A program made the translations under genes and the position numbers. Below, one piece after another: positions 10,853-21,203 of a stretch of 64,000 nucleotides of DNA. The notes below the pieces were generated by a model. That model saw nothing but the letters and a program-made list of their open reading frames with translations. It had not been told where the DNA came from and searched no databases. The stretch is from IMG/VR virus record IMGVR_UViG_3300032116_022045; one strand, written 5' to 3'. Positions within the stretch are counted from its first letter, which is position 1. The number at the start of each line of letters is the position of its first letter. This stretch comes from a virus (Duplodnaviria > Caudoviricetes).

Positions 10853-11012
10853 AATATTAATTTTATTAATAAATATTGACAAAATAATAAAAATGACTTA
10901 TATTTATTAATGAGTTAACTACACATCGGTTCAGAGAATTTAAAGTCTTTGGAATTGATATATGTCAATAAATGAATCGGTGTAATAATAACAATAAAAT
11001 TAAAAGTTAATT

Positions 11013-11750
11013 ATGAAAAAAATGAATTATTCTATTGGTGAAAACCCAACAGTAAACATTACTGTAAAAAAATCAAGGTTGAAAAATTATTATGTTAATA
11101 ATAAAAAAACCTATTACCTAAATGATGGTACAGAATTTGAAATTGAATTGTTTAACCCAACAAATCAAAACATTCTGGCTGAAATTAAATTAAATGACAA
11201 AATAATTTCAAATGCTGGACTTGTATTAAAACCAGGTCAAAGAATTTATCTAGAAAGATACCTAGATTCACAACAAAAATTTTTATTTGAAACATATGAT
11301 GTTGAAAATACAAATGAAGCCTTGTCAGCTATAGAAAATAATGGTGATTTATCAGTATCTTTCTATAAAGAAAGAGAATATCTTAAAACACCTTACTTCT
11401 ATCCAGATTATAATTATATTACTCTTACTACAAATAGTAATAATAACTATTTGACTAGTAACATTAGTTATGATAATTTATCTGGTATTATATATTGTTC
11501 AGTCAATAATACTAATAATTATGTTGAAACAGGTAGAATAGAAAAAGGCTCGTATTCAAATCAAAAATTTACTAATGTTGATATTGAATTTAGTGATTAT
11601 TATTTTTATAGATATAATTGTAAATTATTACCATTATCCCAAAAAATAACTACAGATTCAGATTTAAAAGTAAGAAATTACTGCAAAAATTGTGGTCACA
11701 AATTAGGTAAAACTGATAATTATTGTGGTCAATGCGGAACTAAAATTTAA
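11013..11750 (+). CDS. hypothetical protein with C-terminal zinc ribbon
   Basis: Ends CKNCGHKLGKTDNYCGQCG. Confidence 0.7.
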   Translation: MKKMNYSIGENPTVNITVKKSRLKNYYVNNKKTYYLNDGTEFEIELFNPTNQNILAEIKLNDKIISNAGLVLKPGQRIYLERYLDSQQKFLFETYDVENTNEALSAIENNGDLSVSFYKEREYLKTPYFYPDYNYITLTTNSNNNYLTSNISYDNLSGIIYCSVNNTNNYVETGRIEKGSYSNQKFTNVDIEFSDYYFYRYNCKLLPLSQKITTDSDLKVRNYCKNCGHKLGKTDNYCGQCGTKI

Positions 11751-11783
11751 AAAAATATAATAAATAAAAAAGTTAACTCAAAT

Positions 11784-11816
11784 AACCCAAAGAATTTTTA
11801 TCTTTGGGTTTTTTTA
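11784..11816 (+). terminator. rho-independent terminator
   Basis: AACCCAAAGA/TCTTTGGGTT stem followed by a T-tract. Confidence 0.8.
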
Positions 11817-11851
11817 TTGTTTGTTAGTAATAAACATAACCTAATATAAAC

Positions 11852-11878
11852 AAAAAAGGCTGGAAAAACCAGCCTTTT
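11852..11878 (-). terminator. rho-independent terminator of the major capsid gene
   Basis: AAAAGGCTGG-AAAA-CCAGCCTTTT stem with a minus-strand T-tract. Confidence 0.85.
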
Positions 11879-11901
11879 AAGTTTATTGTTTTTAGAAATG
11901 A

Positions 11902-13800
11902 TTATCTCAATTCAGCAACATTGAATGTAGGTATACCATCTACACGTACATGGCCATAGAACCTATTGTTCACAACCTTCTTAGCGTAACGTGTCATGAT
12001 TCCTTTAACAGGAGCAAAGTTAAATGGATTGTACATAGTTGGGGTTAACTGAAGAGGTACGTATGGAGCGTAGATGTAACCAGTATCCAACAATGATTTA
12101 CCTTTATGACCGATAATCACAGAGTAAGCTGGGGAGTATGGGTCACGATAAACTTGGTAACGACCACTTAAAGAACCGATTCTCTCAATACCCATGTTAT
12201 ATTGGTCTTGCTCTGGATTTGCATCAGATACGTGGAAGTATTCTAAGTCATCGAATACAGCTGAAATTTCAGAAGATACAACGATAAAGTTAGCACCACC
12301 ACGAAGAGTAGATTTATGGATTTGAGCAGAGATTTGGTTAATTCTTGTGATAAGAGTTTGATTCCAGTCTTTCTGAGTATAAGGTGCAGCAGCAGAAGAT
12401 GCTTTTCTCCAACCATTATAGTCCCAACGCAATTGCCATGCAGCAGCTTTACGAAGGTCTCTTAAGATTTCACGGTCAATCTCAGCAGCTACTTGTTCAG
12501 ACAACATAGCAGTTAATTCAGCTTCAGCATCAATGTTGTGGAATGCACTAACGTCTTGTGCTAATTCTGGAGACCAAGTTGCACGTAATTTTCTTTCTTC
12601 AACAGAAACAACAACTTCATCAAGTTTAAAGGAAACTTCACCAAGTTCAGTTTCAAGTTCTAAAGAAGCGTATTCAGCCCAAGCGAAAACGTATGCAGGG
12701 TTAGTAGTTAAACCAGATACGGAGTTTGCAATACCAGTAGCTGGAGAAGTAGTACCAGTTGCACCAACGTAACCATCATAAGTAGAAGTACCAGCTTTAG
12801 CAGTACCAGAAGCGGTAGTACCTACAGGGTGACGAAGGTCAAGCTCGATATACATTACACCAGCAGGAGATACTAAAGTACCTTTATTTTGAACGATAGC
12901 TTTACCATACTGTTGAGTTACAAGTCTAAATGGAACTTCACCACCAGCAGCTACAACAACGTTACCATCTGGGTCAGTAATAGCGTTACTAGTAACACAA
13001 ATTAAAGAAGCTAAGAAAGATTCAGTATCAATGTTGTTACCATCTGGGCCAGTTAATACTTCAGCACCATTAGCAGCACCAGCACCACCTGAGAAACCAG
13101 AAAGACCAACGATAACGCTTCTTACAGTACCATCTTGTGCAGTAGGAAGAATGTTACCACCAGTAGTTGCACTAAAGGAACCATCATTAGTAAATACATA
13201 TGCTTGAAGAGCAGACATATTAATACTCTTAATAGTAAGGGTACCTTTAGAGTTATCAAACATACCGTCATTGTAGAAAATGTCGTATAAGTTTTTAGCC
13301 ATAAACTGAGTTAAAGGCTGAGAAGCTTTAGTTACAGCAACTGGAAGTGCAGCAGCAGTAGCAACACCGTTGTGTTCACCATTAAGACCAGTGTGAGCAG
13401 AATAAGTTGTACCATAAGGTAAAGTTGCATAATCATTACCAGCAACACCATTACCGTCAACACGGCTAGAAGTTTGTGGTACGAAGTAGAACAATTTACC
13501 GATTGGCATGTTCATTGCTTGTACAGATACGATATCATTAGCAAGCAATTTAGAGAAAACACGTCTTACGATAGGAAACACTACAGTTTCAAAAGAACCA
13601 GAACTGGTTGCTGTAGTAGATTCAGTCAATAAGTTAGAAGCTTGATTTTCGTACAACTGTGCGATGTTTTCTTTAACGTGGCCTTTAAGACCTTCGAGGA
13701 AGCCTAAGCTATCCCATTTTTCTTGGGTTTCTTTACGGATTGCTTTCATATGGTTTAATCCGATATTTCCCACTTGTCCAGAAGTTAATAAATGTGACAT
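11902..13800 (-). CDS. gp23: major capsid protein (T4 gp23-like)
   Basis: FPIVRRVFSKLLANDIVSVQAM; RKLRATWSPELAQD; EIDREI; YAPYVPL; KGIMTRYA; strong high-expression codon bias. Confidence 0.96.
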   Translation of the reverse strand: MSHLLTSGQVGNIGLNHMKAIRKETQEKWDSLGFLEGLKGHVKENIAQLYENQASNLLTESTTATSSGSFETVVFPIVRRVFSKLLANDIVSVQAMNMPIGKLFYFVPQTSSRVDGNGVAGNDYATLPYGTTYSAHTGLNGEHNGVATAAALPVAVTKASQPLTQFMAKNLYDIFYNDGMFDNSKGTLTIKSINMSALQAYVFTNDGSFSATTGGNILPTAQDGTVRSVIVGLSGFSGGAGAANGAEVLTGPDGNNIDTESFLASLICVTSNAITDPDGNVVVAAGGEVPFRLVTQQYGKAIVQNKGTLVSPAGVMYIELDLRHPVGTTASGTAKAGTSTYDGYVGATGTTSPATGIANSVSGLTTNPAYVFAWAEYASLELETELGEVSFKLDEVVVSVEERKLRATWSPELAQDVSAFHNIDAEAELTAMLSEQVAAEIDREILRDLRKAAAWQLRWDYNGWRKASSAAAPYTQKDWNQTLITRINQISAQIHKSTLRGGANFIVVSSEISAVFDDLEYFHVSDANPEQDQYNMGIERIGSLSGRYQVYRDPYSPAYSVIIGHKGKSLLDTGYIYAPYVPLQLTPTMYNPFNFAPVKGIMTRYAKKVVNNRFYGHVRVDGIPTFNVAELR

Positions 13801-13828
13801 AATTTTTTTTTATTGTTTTGTTATTTTG

Positions 13829-15052
13829 TTATTTTTTTTCGACTCTGTTAATCAAATCAAGGATTCTCTTTGTCGATGGGTCAACATAAGCAGTGTTTTC
13901 TGTTAATTGTTTTGACGTGCCTGTGGTAACCTCTTTTATTATTTTATTTTCGACAGACTCATTAATTGGTTTTCTATTATCCAATTCATTAAGTATTGCC
14001 TTATAAAGTTTTTTAGACTCTTTAAGATTTGTAACTTCGTTATCAAATCTTTTGATGATGTTTTCTTTTTCAGATTTAGTAGTAGAGTGTTCAGTAAATA
14101 ATTTTGTTACATAAGTTAGATTACTATTAAACACAACTGTCTCAACTAGTTTTGTTCTAAATTCTTTAAGAGCTACTCTGAATTGTTCATTCTCAGCTTT
14201 TAATTTTCTAGACTCATCCAATAAAGCATTGTATTTCTTAGCAGTCTCAGTAACAATTTTTTTAGCGATTACAGATTCTTTTTGAAATTTAGCACCTTGT
14301 TTAGCTCCTGGTCCTTTAGTATCAGTTAAATCACCACCAGCTCTGTTTTGGGCAACTCTATTTGTAGAAATATATTCTTCAATAGTTTCCTCTTCTTCAT
14401 CTTCCTCAGACTCTTCTTCTTCATCTTCATCTTCTTCTTCATCATCCCCCATTTCAATTTCATACTCAGGTTCTTCTTCTACTTCAGTTTCATCTTCCAT
14501 GTCTTCCATTTCAGAGTCATCTTCCATATCTTCCATGTCTTCCATGTCTTCCATTTCAGAGTCATCTTCCATATCTTCCATGTCATCCATGTCTTCCATT
14601 TCAGATTCATCATCAAGACCATCAATTTGTGATGTTTTAATAATGTATTCACCTGGTTCAGATACGCTAATGTGAATATCACCATCCACGATTTCAATTT
14701 CATCATCACCTGTTAATTTTTTGTAAACAGAGATAATGTCATCATCACTAGCTGAAGTTAAATCAATTTCATTTAATGAGTCATACTCATTCATTTCTTC
14801 TTCGTGAATTTCTTCACCTTCGTTTGACATTTCATCTTCTTCAGTAAGTTCTTCGGAATGCATAGATTCATCAATAACTTCTTCTTCGTACATCTCTTCT
14901 TCCATTTTTTTAGAGAGAGATTCTTTTACAACAGTGTCAATTTCTTCTTTAGCAACGCTACGAAGTATTTCTTTTGTGTTGTTGTTTAAAGCCTTTTCAA
15001 TATTTTTAATATCTAATAACGCTTCTTCTAAGATTGATTTTTTTTCGCTCAT
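13829..15052 (-). CDS. prohead core/scaffold protein (gp22-like)
   Basis: Extremely acidic, with a C-terminal coiled coil, positioned between the protease and the major capsid gene. Confidence 0.8.
   Translation of the reverse strand: MSEKKSILEEALLDIKNIEKALNNNTKEILRSVAKEEIDTVVKESLSKKMEEEMYEEEVIDESMHSEELTEEDEMSNEGEEIHEEEMNEYDSLNEIDLTSASDDDIISVYKKLTGDDEIEIVDGDIHISVSEPGEYIIKTSQIDGLDDESEMEDMDDMEDMEDDSEMEDMEDMEDMEDDSEMEDMEDETEVEEEPEYEIEMGDDEEEDEDEEEESEEDEEEETIEEYISTNRVAQNRAGGDLTDTKGPGAKQGAKFQKESVIAKKIVTETAKKYNALLDESRKLKAENEQFRVALKEFRTKLVETVVFNSNLTYVTKLFTEHSTTKSEKENIIKRFDNEVTNLKESKKLYKAILNELDNRKPINESVENKIIKEVTTGTSKQLTENTAYVDPSTKRILDLINRVEKK
14493..14605. repeat. 45-bp coding tandem repeat (about 2.5 copies; SEMEDMxDMEDMEDD)
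   Basis: TCTTCCATGTCTTCCATTTCAGAGTCATCTTCCATATCTTCCATG at 14493, 14538 and partially at 14583. Confidence 0.9.
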
Positions 15053-15147
15053 TTTGTTTTTATATAAAAATTTTATATTCTTATTTGTTTATAAATATGT
15101 ATGGTTTTTAAAAAGCACAAAAAAATAATAAAAAAAAGTAAATTTAA

Positions 15148-15861
15148 TTATGATAATAAGAAATTATCTAAATTATTTTTAATATTTTCGTTTATTATAT
15201 TATTTTTTTGTTTAAAGTTTTCTACAAATGGTTGTGCTTCTTCTATGTTATTAAACATCCATGCATCTGGTGTTGATGGTGCTGTTACAACGTCCCAACA
15301 AATTATTTCAAAATCATCTTGTACAATTTGTTCACCGTTTTTACCTTCTTTTAAGCTACCAACACCTCTTGATGAAACACCTATTTTAATTCTATTTCTT
15401 AATAAGTTTGCGACTTCATCACCTTTTGTTGATACTATACCATAATTAATGAAACCTGGTGTCATTAATATTTCCATTTTACCCATAAGGGTTTTACCTT
15501 CCCACCATGTTTCTAATATGTTATGAGATATTCTATCAGCAGCTATTATTGAAGTATCTGGATGGTCCAATTCACCTACAGCACTTCTTTCCTTTATCAT
15601 TTTTTGATAAAGTTCATTTTGTTTTCTTAAAACTTCTTCAGGATAAATTCTACCGTTTCTGTTTAATACACCATATTTTTGCAATATAACGTAAACAACA
15701 AGTGGGTCTTCAATTATTAGTTTACCAGTTTCTAATTTTTTTATTTCATTTATAAACGGTAAATTTCTTGGTTCATTAGGACTAATGTAACCAGCATCAT
15801 ATTCAATTAATATACCCCTACCACTTTGTCCTCTTTTAAGTATTTTTAATTCGTTATCCAT
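15148..15861 (-). CDS. gp21: prohead protease (T4 gp21-like)
   Basis: NRNGRIYP; GELDHP; GVSSRGVGS; WDVVTAPSTPDA. Confidence 0.93.
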   Translation of the reverse strand: MDNELKILKRGQSGRGILIEYDAGYISPNEPRNLPFINEIKKLETGKLIIEDPLVVYVILQKYGVLNRNGRIYPEEVLRKQNELYQKMIKERSAVGELDHPDTSIIAADRISHNILETWWEGKTLMGKMEILMTPGFINYGIVSTKGDEVANLLRNRIKIGVSSRGVGSLKEGKNGEQIVQDDFEIICWDVVTAPSTPDAWMFNNIEEAQPFVENFKQKNNIINENIKNNLDNFLLS

Positions 15862-15916
15862 TTATTCACGTGATTATTCTAATTAATAAATATATCACAT
15901 GAATAAAAAGAATATT

Positions 15917-16432
15917 TTATTTTTTAGTTTTACTAAAAAGCAAATGTTTGTTGTTATTAAATACTTCGCCAATAATGATATTGGTAATCATTGTAAGTTC
16001 ATCAATTGTTGATTCTTTATTTATTGGTAAATCGATATTTGAAAATAGAGTTATTTCACAAGACATAAAACTTTTTTTACCAAATTTTATACCAGATTCT
16101 CTAATATCTAAATCTATAATTGTTCTATCTTTAATAAAGAAATTTTTTTTATTATAAGCTAAATAATTATATATTTTTTGTTTTATTTCTTTATTTAACT
16201 CTCTTAAATGTCTTTGATATTGAGTATCATTTTCATCAGTTGGTGTTGCCCATGATGAGATATTAATATAGAGTGATTTTGGGTTATTGTTATCAACACA
16301 ACCAAAAAAAACTTTATGGTTTAAGTTGTTAGTTAATTTAATTTTTTTACCTTTTTTCTTTGTTGTCGTATTCATGTATATTACCTGGTTTTTTATATAC
16401 AAGTAATATACTAAATAATTTAAATTAGTCAA
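15917..16432 (-). CDS. hypothetical protein (true start possibly ATG 16375)
   Basis: Basic 150-170-aa ORF in the head operon. Confidence 0.65.
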   Translation of the reverse strand: MTNLNYLVYYLYIKNQVIYMNTTTKKKGKKIKLTNNLNHKVFFGCVDNNNPKSLYINISSWATPTDENDTQYQRHLRELNKEIKQKIYNYLAYNKKNFFIKDRTIIDLDIRESGIKFGKKSFMSCEITLFSNIDLPINKESTIDELTMITNIIIGEVFNNNKHLLFSKTKK

Positions 16433-16434
16433 AT

Positions 16435-16770
16435 TTAGAATTTACCCCAAACAGCGATAAAGATACCCATCATTGTTTGTATAAAAGCTAATATAGCAAT
16501 AGCTGCGACCCATTTATTTTTCTGTGCATATATTTCATCTTTAGCAGATTTCATTTGTGATGGAGACCAAACATCATTAACTTTTTCAACCCATTTTACG
16601 TGTTCATCTACTTTGGATTCAATATTTTTTAAATCACTAAGTTTTTGTGTTAATTGAGAAAAACGAGTATCAATATCTGACCTCATTCGTTCATGATTTT
16701 CATTTAATCTTTCTAACTCTTTTAACACTAATCTACTATATTCTGCCCATGTATCTTTTTCGTCTGACAT
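16435..16770 (-). CDS. coiled-coil protein with C-terminal transmembrane helix (holin-like topology possible)
   Basis: WVAAIAILAFIQTMMGIFIAVW at the C-terminus. Confidence 0.55.
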   Translation of the reverse strand: MSDEKDTWAEYSRLVLKELERLNENHERMRSDIDTRFSQLTQKLSDLKNIESKVDEHVKWVEKVNDVWSPSQMKSAKDEIYAQKNKWVAAIAILAFIQTMMGIFIAVWGKF

Positions 16771-16772
16771 AA

Positions 16773-16994
16773 TTAACCTAATTTTGTTTTATTAAGAATG
16801 TTTTTTATTTTATTATGCAGTTTTTCGTAACAAGATAATTTATTTTTTTGTGTTTGGTCAGTTTTTAATTCGTTTTCAAATTGCAATATATTTTCTTTTA
16901 TTTCTTTAATACTGTTGTAATATACATCGCTTTCATCAAACCCACACATTTTTTCAGTTAACTCTTTTAGTTTTATTAAATTATCAGATTGCAT
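16773..16994 (-). CDS. hypothetical protein
   Basis: 73-aa ORF in operon. Confidence 0.65.
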   Translation of the reverse strand: MQSDNLIKLKELTEKMCGFDESDVYYNSIKEIKENILQFENELKTDQTQKNKLSCYEKLHNKIKNILNKTKLG

Positions 16995-17018
16995 AATTAA
17001 TTATGTTATATAATATTG

Positions 17019-17801
17019 TTATTTAAGGGTATTTCTTAAATTAATGAGTTTAGTTATTTCTTTTGAATAAGATTCATTAGTTATTGTCTTTTCATTTAAT
17101 AACTTATCTTTAACTTTAAGTAGTTTATCTTTTAACTCAATATCACTATCAACAAACTTTGCATCAATAAGAGTTATACACTCACGAATTAAATTGTTGT
17201 GTAACTCTTTTTTTTCTTCTTCGGTTGATTCTAATAAAGTTTTTAATACTTGTCTTTCAGATTCATCTAAATCTGAATATCGTTCATTAAATTTATCAAC
17301 AAATAAAGATGTAACTATGCTATTAGGCAAACCAAAGTTTTCATTTATTTCTTTTGGTTTATTATTAACAATATAATCAGCTACTTTATTTTTAATTTCT
17401 ATAATTTCATCTATTGTATTAAAGTTTTTTTCAGTAAAAATTAATTTTGAAATGTTATTATGTAAATCTAGTTTATCATATGTAATATCATGTTCAAAAA
17501 TAATATCTTTAACTAATTTATTATTAGCTTCAAAAATTTCTTTTTTATTATGATTAGATATTAATGATAATGTCTCATTAATAAATTCCATAGCTTTAAC
17601 CCTATCAGGTTCAACTTTACTTTCAATACTTGTATAGATTAAAAATTGTTTTTTTAAAACTTCATTAGATTTAAGATGTTTTAAATAAGAACCGAATAAA
17701 CCTTTACCAGATTTATTTTCTTTTACAATACCTTCAGTTAATGCGTTATTATAAACTTCTTTTATCTTACCAAAATTTTTAATGTTATCATTAATATTCA
17801 T
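17019..17801 (-). CDS. hypothetical helical head-module protein
   Basis: 260-aa ORF downstream of the portal; late motif at 17818-17825. Confidence 0.7.
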   Translation of the reverse strand: MNINDNIKNFGKIKEVYNNALTEGIVKENKSGKGLFGSYLKHLKSNEVLKKQFLIYTSIESKVEPDRVKAMEFINETLSLISNHNKKEIFEANNKLVKDIIFEHDITYDKLDLHNNISKLIFTEKNFNTIDEIIEIKNKVADYIVNNKPKEINENFGLPNSIVTSLFVDKFNERYSDLDESERQVLKTLLESTEEEKKELHNNLIRECITLIDAKFVDSDIELKDKLLKVKDKLLNEKTITNESYSKEITKLINLRNTLK

Positions 17802-17847
17802 AATAGTTTTTTAATTAATAAATATCATATGTTTTAATAAAAAAACA

Positions 17848-20800
17848 TTATTCATCTAACATTTTATCAATTTCATTTATTATCTGATTGATATCGTTAT
17901 TTATCTTGACATTTTTATCAATAATTTTAATATTATCCATTTTTTTATTTACGTCCAGACCATCAACAGATTCAATAAGGTCAACAAACCTATTTTTATA
18001 TTTATTGGTTCTATTAACTAATTTATTAGTCAATAATTTTTTTTCCTCTGTTATTAATTTTAACCCTTCTGTTAATGTTTCACTAGCCTCACCACCTGCT
18101 GGCGCTTCTGGTGCAGCAGCTTCACCACCTTCTGGTGTCTCACCACCTGTCTCACCACCTAATTCTGGTGTTTCGCCACCTTCTGGCGTTTCTGGTGTTG
18201 TACCACCTAATCCACCACCTAGACCTCCACCGCCTCCGCCACCAAATGATGGTGTTGCAGTTTCAGTGCTAGCAGCAGCTTCACCACCGCCTTTTAAAGC
18301 AGCTTCATAATCACCATATATTTTATCAACATCATCAAACATACCAGTATGCTTAATAACATTAGCTGTATTAGCTATTTCACCAGATGCGGCTTTTTCC
18401 ATTCTTTGTTCTAATAAATCTTTTTTAATTTCATCATTAGACCAACCTAAAATTTCTCTATGCGCCCTTGTCCAAGACATAGTACCAAAACCATTACCAA
18501 TATCTGAAACAGCGTCTTTAAGTAATGTTATTTTTTGTTGTAGATGTTCAATTTTAAGCATTTCAGCTTGTGTTGATGGATTGTTTAATGTTAATGAAAA
18601 ATTATCCAAATCATCTTCAAAACCTAATAAATATAAATGTATAATAGCAATCTTATTAAGTTCTTGTAACATTGATTGTTGTACTCTATTTACAGTTCTT
18701 GAAAAACGTATATCTTGTAATGCTAAATTTTTACCTTCACCAGATGTTTCATCAAAACCTAAAAATGGTTTAGGTATTCTTAACGCAGTAAATAAATTAT
18801 TTCTAAGGTATTCTATATCTGCTATTTGGTCCAAATTAGACGCACCTGGTAAAGTATCTATAGGATTTGGTGCATCTTCTGAACGAACTGGAATAAAGAA
18901 ATCTTGGTCGTTTGATAATTGATTAAATCTTAAATCCATTTGACCAGTTTGAGAATCAATTATTGGTGTTCTTTTAAATCTATCAGCAATTTCATTAACA
19001 TAAGCTGGTACATCAGCATCATCAATATTACCAACATAAATTTTATAAACTCTTCTTTCTGGTGCTCTAGTCACACGATATACTAACATTGAATCTTCAG
19101 CTAAAATAAGCTGTTTCCATATACGTCTAGCCTTTTCTAAAATAGATGTTCCGTAAGGTAATCTTCTATCATCACCTAATAATCTAAAGTGAGCCATTTG
19201 CCATGAATTAAATTCAACATCACGACCTCTCCAATAAAATTTAACTTTGTCTGAATTTGGAACATTATTATTAACACTATGACTTCCAGAAATCATATCA
19301 AATAATCCGCTTTCTCTTCTCTCCATTTCATAATTAGGCATTTGTTTAGCGCCAATTATACCATGTTTATCATTAACATTAAGAAAAACGAAATTATCAC
19401 CATATTTACAATTTGACAAAAACACACCAGAAGTTCTTGAATATGAACTATTTGAATCAAACCCACAGACTGGAAAATTGTGTCTATCATGTTCACCATT
19501 TGGCCCGACAGCTTCTAAACAATAAACATCAGCTGTTTCATTTAATTTAATAACAGAAATTACTTTATGATTAATAACTTTAGTTTTTGTTTTACCCTCA
19601 AAAATAGCTTTGCATTTTAAATATTCTTTATCTAAAATTATTTCTGGTTTAATACTAAAAACAAATTCAAAATAATTTTTATTTGTTTTTCTAAAAATTA
19701 ATTTATTTAAAGTTGTCGTGTTAATTGATTTAGTTATATCTTTTCTAAGTGTGTAGGTCTCTTTTAATAAATTGATAAATTCTTGGTCTGTTTTTAATAA
19801 TTTAGCTAATTTATTAATACCTATATAATTTTGGTTATTTATAATAATATTAGAAATATAATTTAAACACGCATGACTAATTTCAATAGTCATACCTTTT
19901 TTAGTTTTTTTAATAAAATCTTTGTTTGACCAATTAACTAACATTTTATTTGAGCGTATTTCATTATGTTCTGTGTGTAAATCACTATTATTATACAACT
20001 CAAAAAATTTTGGGTAAACACCAGACATTTCTTCAGATAAACGTTTTTTTCTCTTATCTGACCTTAAATATTTATCAATACCTTCTAATCTTTTCTTTAT
20101 AACTTCTGGTTTTTTACGATACTCGTTTAAATTTTTAGATAATTTTTCATGCAAATTAGAATGTTCATTAAAACTCATTCTTTTTAAATTATTTGGGTTA
20201 TTATCTCTTTTTTTAAAATTAATATGGTGTGTTAACCATTTTTCACCGCTAATTTTTTCTTTTTCAGAATCAATTAGACAATTTTTAGCGATTATTCTAT
20301 GAGTATATTCATATTTATCACTACTAGGGTTATAAATTTTTTCATAACCATTTAATTTACCATAGTTTTCTACACTAGTTTTTGTGTAAAACGGCATTAA
20401 AGACTGACCTTCAGTTAATTCATCAGCTCGTTTAAAAGAACCGTCTCTAAGCATATATTCATGGTCTGGTGTTGTATCAATATAAGTACCATCATCTAAT
20501 GTTACCCTATATAATTCACTATTTCGTCTGGTTAAATCACACCAAACTATTTTACTTGGAACAATAGCCTTAGTAACATCTTGAATAGCATATGACCAAA
20601 CTTCTTCACCATTTTTAACTCTATTAGATAATTCTTTAATTGTTATTTCTGTACCATCTAATAATGGGATAATACTATTTTCTCTAATAGGTGTATTTCT
20701 TGTCCACATAGGTAATGATGTATGTATATCTAATCTATTAAAAAATAAATCTTGTAATATTGTTTTAACACGATTACTTTCAGAATAAACATTTAATACT

Positions 20801-21153
20801 TTTCCTTTATCATTAACTGTTGTTGCTTCTTCCATAATAATATCAAGAGCAGCAGCAATGATTGGATAAAATTCCATAGCTTCAAAATCAGCATAAGAAC
20901 CTATACGAGTTGTTTCATAATTAATTGATTGTTGATAAAGTCCGTTTTCGACTTTTTTCCACATTTGAGACAAATATTTATTTTGTTGTGCTTGTAATTT
21001 CGCCAACTCATATTCTCTCTTATCTGTGGTTTTTAATAATTCTTTACCTATATTAAATCTTTGTGGTTGATTATATACATTCTTTAATTTAGCAGAATCT
21101 GGGCCAATTACTTGACCTAATCTTTGAAATATTGTTAATTTTTTATCAGACAT
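17848..21153 (-). CDS. gp20: portal protein (T4 gp20-like) with an HNH-containing intein
   Basis: Exteins WTRNT|CKYGDNF; LILAEDSMLVYRVTRAPERRVYKIYVGN; DTLPGASNLDQIADIEYL; ALRIPKPFL. Confidence 0.93.
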   Translation of the reverse strand: MSDKKLTIFQRLGQVIGPDSAKLKNVYNQPQRFNIGKELLKTTDKREYELAKLQAQQNKYLSQMWKKVENGLYQQSINYETTRIGSYADFEAMEFYPIIAAALDIIMEEATTVNDKGKVLNVYSESNRVKTILQDLFFNRLDIHTSLPMWTRNTPIRENSIIPLLDGTEITIKELSNRVKNGEEVWSYAIQDVTKAIVPSKIVWCDLTRRNSELYRVTLDDGTYIDTTPDHEYMLRDGSFKRADELTEGQSLMPFYTKTSVENYGKLNGYEKIYNPSSDKYEYTHRIIAKNCLIDSEKEKISGEKWLTHHINFKKRDNNPNNLKRMSFNEHSNLHEKLSKNLNEYRKKPEVIKKRLEGIDKYLRSDKRKKRLSEEMSGVYPKFFELYNNSDLHTEHNEIRSNKMLVNWSNKDFIKKTKKGMTIEISHACLNYISNIIINNQNYIGINKLAKLLKTDQEFINLLKETYTLRKDITKSINTTTLNKLIFRKTNKNYFEFVFSIKPEIILDKEYLKCKAIFEGKTKTKVINHKVISVIKLNETADVYCLEAVGPNGEHDRHNFPVCGFDSNSSYSRTSGVFLSNCKYGDNFVFLNVNDKHGIIGAKQMPNYEMERRESGLFDMISGSHSVNNNVPNSDKVKFYWRGRDVEFNSWQMAHFRLLGDDRRLPYGTSILEKARRIWKQLILAEDSMLVYRVTRAPERRVYKIYVGNIDDADVPAYVNEIADRFKRTPIIDSQTGQMDLRFNQLSNDQDFFIPVRSEDAPNPIDTLPGASNLDQIADIEYLRNNLFTALRIPKPFLGFDETSGEGKNLALQDIRFSRTVNRVQQSMLQELNKIAIIHLYLLGFEDDLDNFSLTLNNPSTQAEMLKIEHLQQKITLLKDAVSDIGNGFGTMSWTRAHREILGWSNDEIKKDLLEQRMEKAASGEIANTANVIKHTGMFDDVDKIYGDYEAALKGGGEAAASTETATPSFGGGGGGGLGGGLGGTTPETPEGGETPELGGETGGETPEGGEAAAPEAPAGGEASETLTEGLKLITEEKKLLTNKLVNRTNKYKNRFVDLIESVDGLDVNKKMDNIKIIDKNVKINNDINQIINEIDKMLDE
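19411..20691 (-). mobile_element. 427-aa intein with HNH endonuclease; atypical (Pro1, block-F Cys, Ser-Asn end)
   Basis: PIRENSIIPLLDG (block A), TTPDHEY (block B), HHINFKKRDNNPNNL (HNH), VYCLEAV (block F), GVFLSN/C (block G). Confidence 0.88.
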
Positions 21154-21203
21154 TTTAATTTTATTTATTATAATAAATATACTAATAATTAAATTAAAGT
21201 AAA

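Noticed and set aside
11902-13800. Extra length of the capsid protein as an intein or intron
   Set aside because: No splicing motifs; a Gly/Ala/Thr-rich insertion domain with the same codon bias as the rest of the gene
13800-13835. Scaffold-to-capsid frameshift at the A7 run
   Set aside because: The -1 frame stops within three codons, and the capsid gene has a normal AT-rich start
14493-14605. Regular repeats in the scaffold gene as a CRISPR array
   Set aside because: In-frame 45-bp coding repeats with no unique spacers
17888-18310. Antisense ORFs in the track (e.g. 285-470, 2958-3446, 12533-12772, 14348-14632, 15101-15445, 17888-18310, 23431-23859, 48986-49354, 52844-53224)
   Set aside because: Shadows of well-supported genes on the other strand or frame, with low-complexity Ser/Phe/Ile-rich translations
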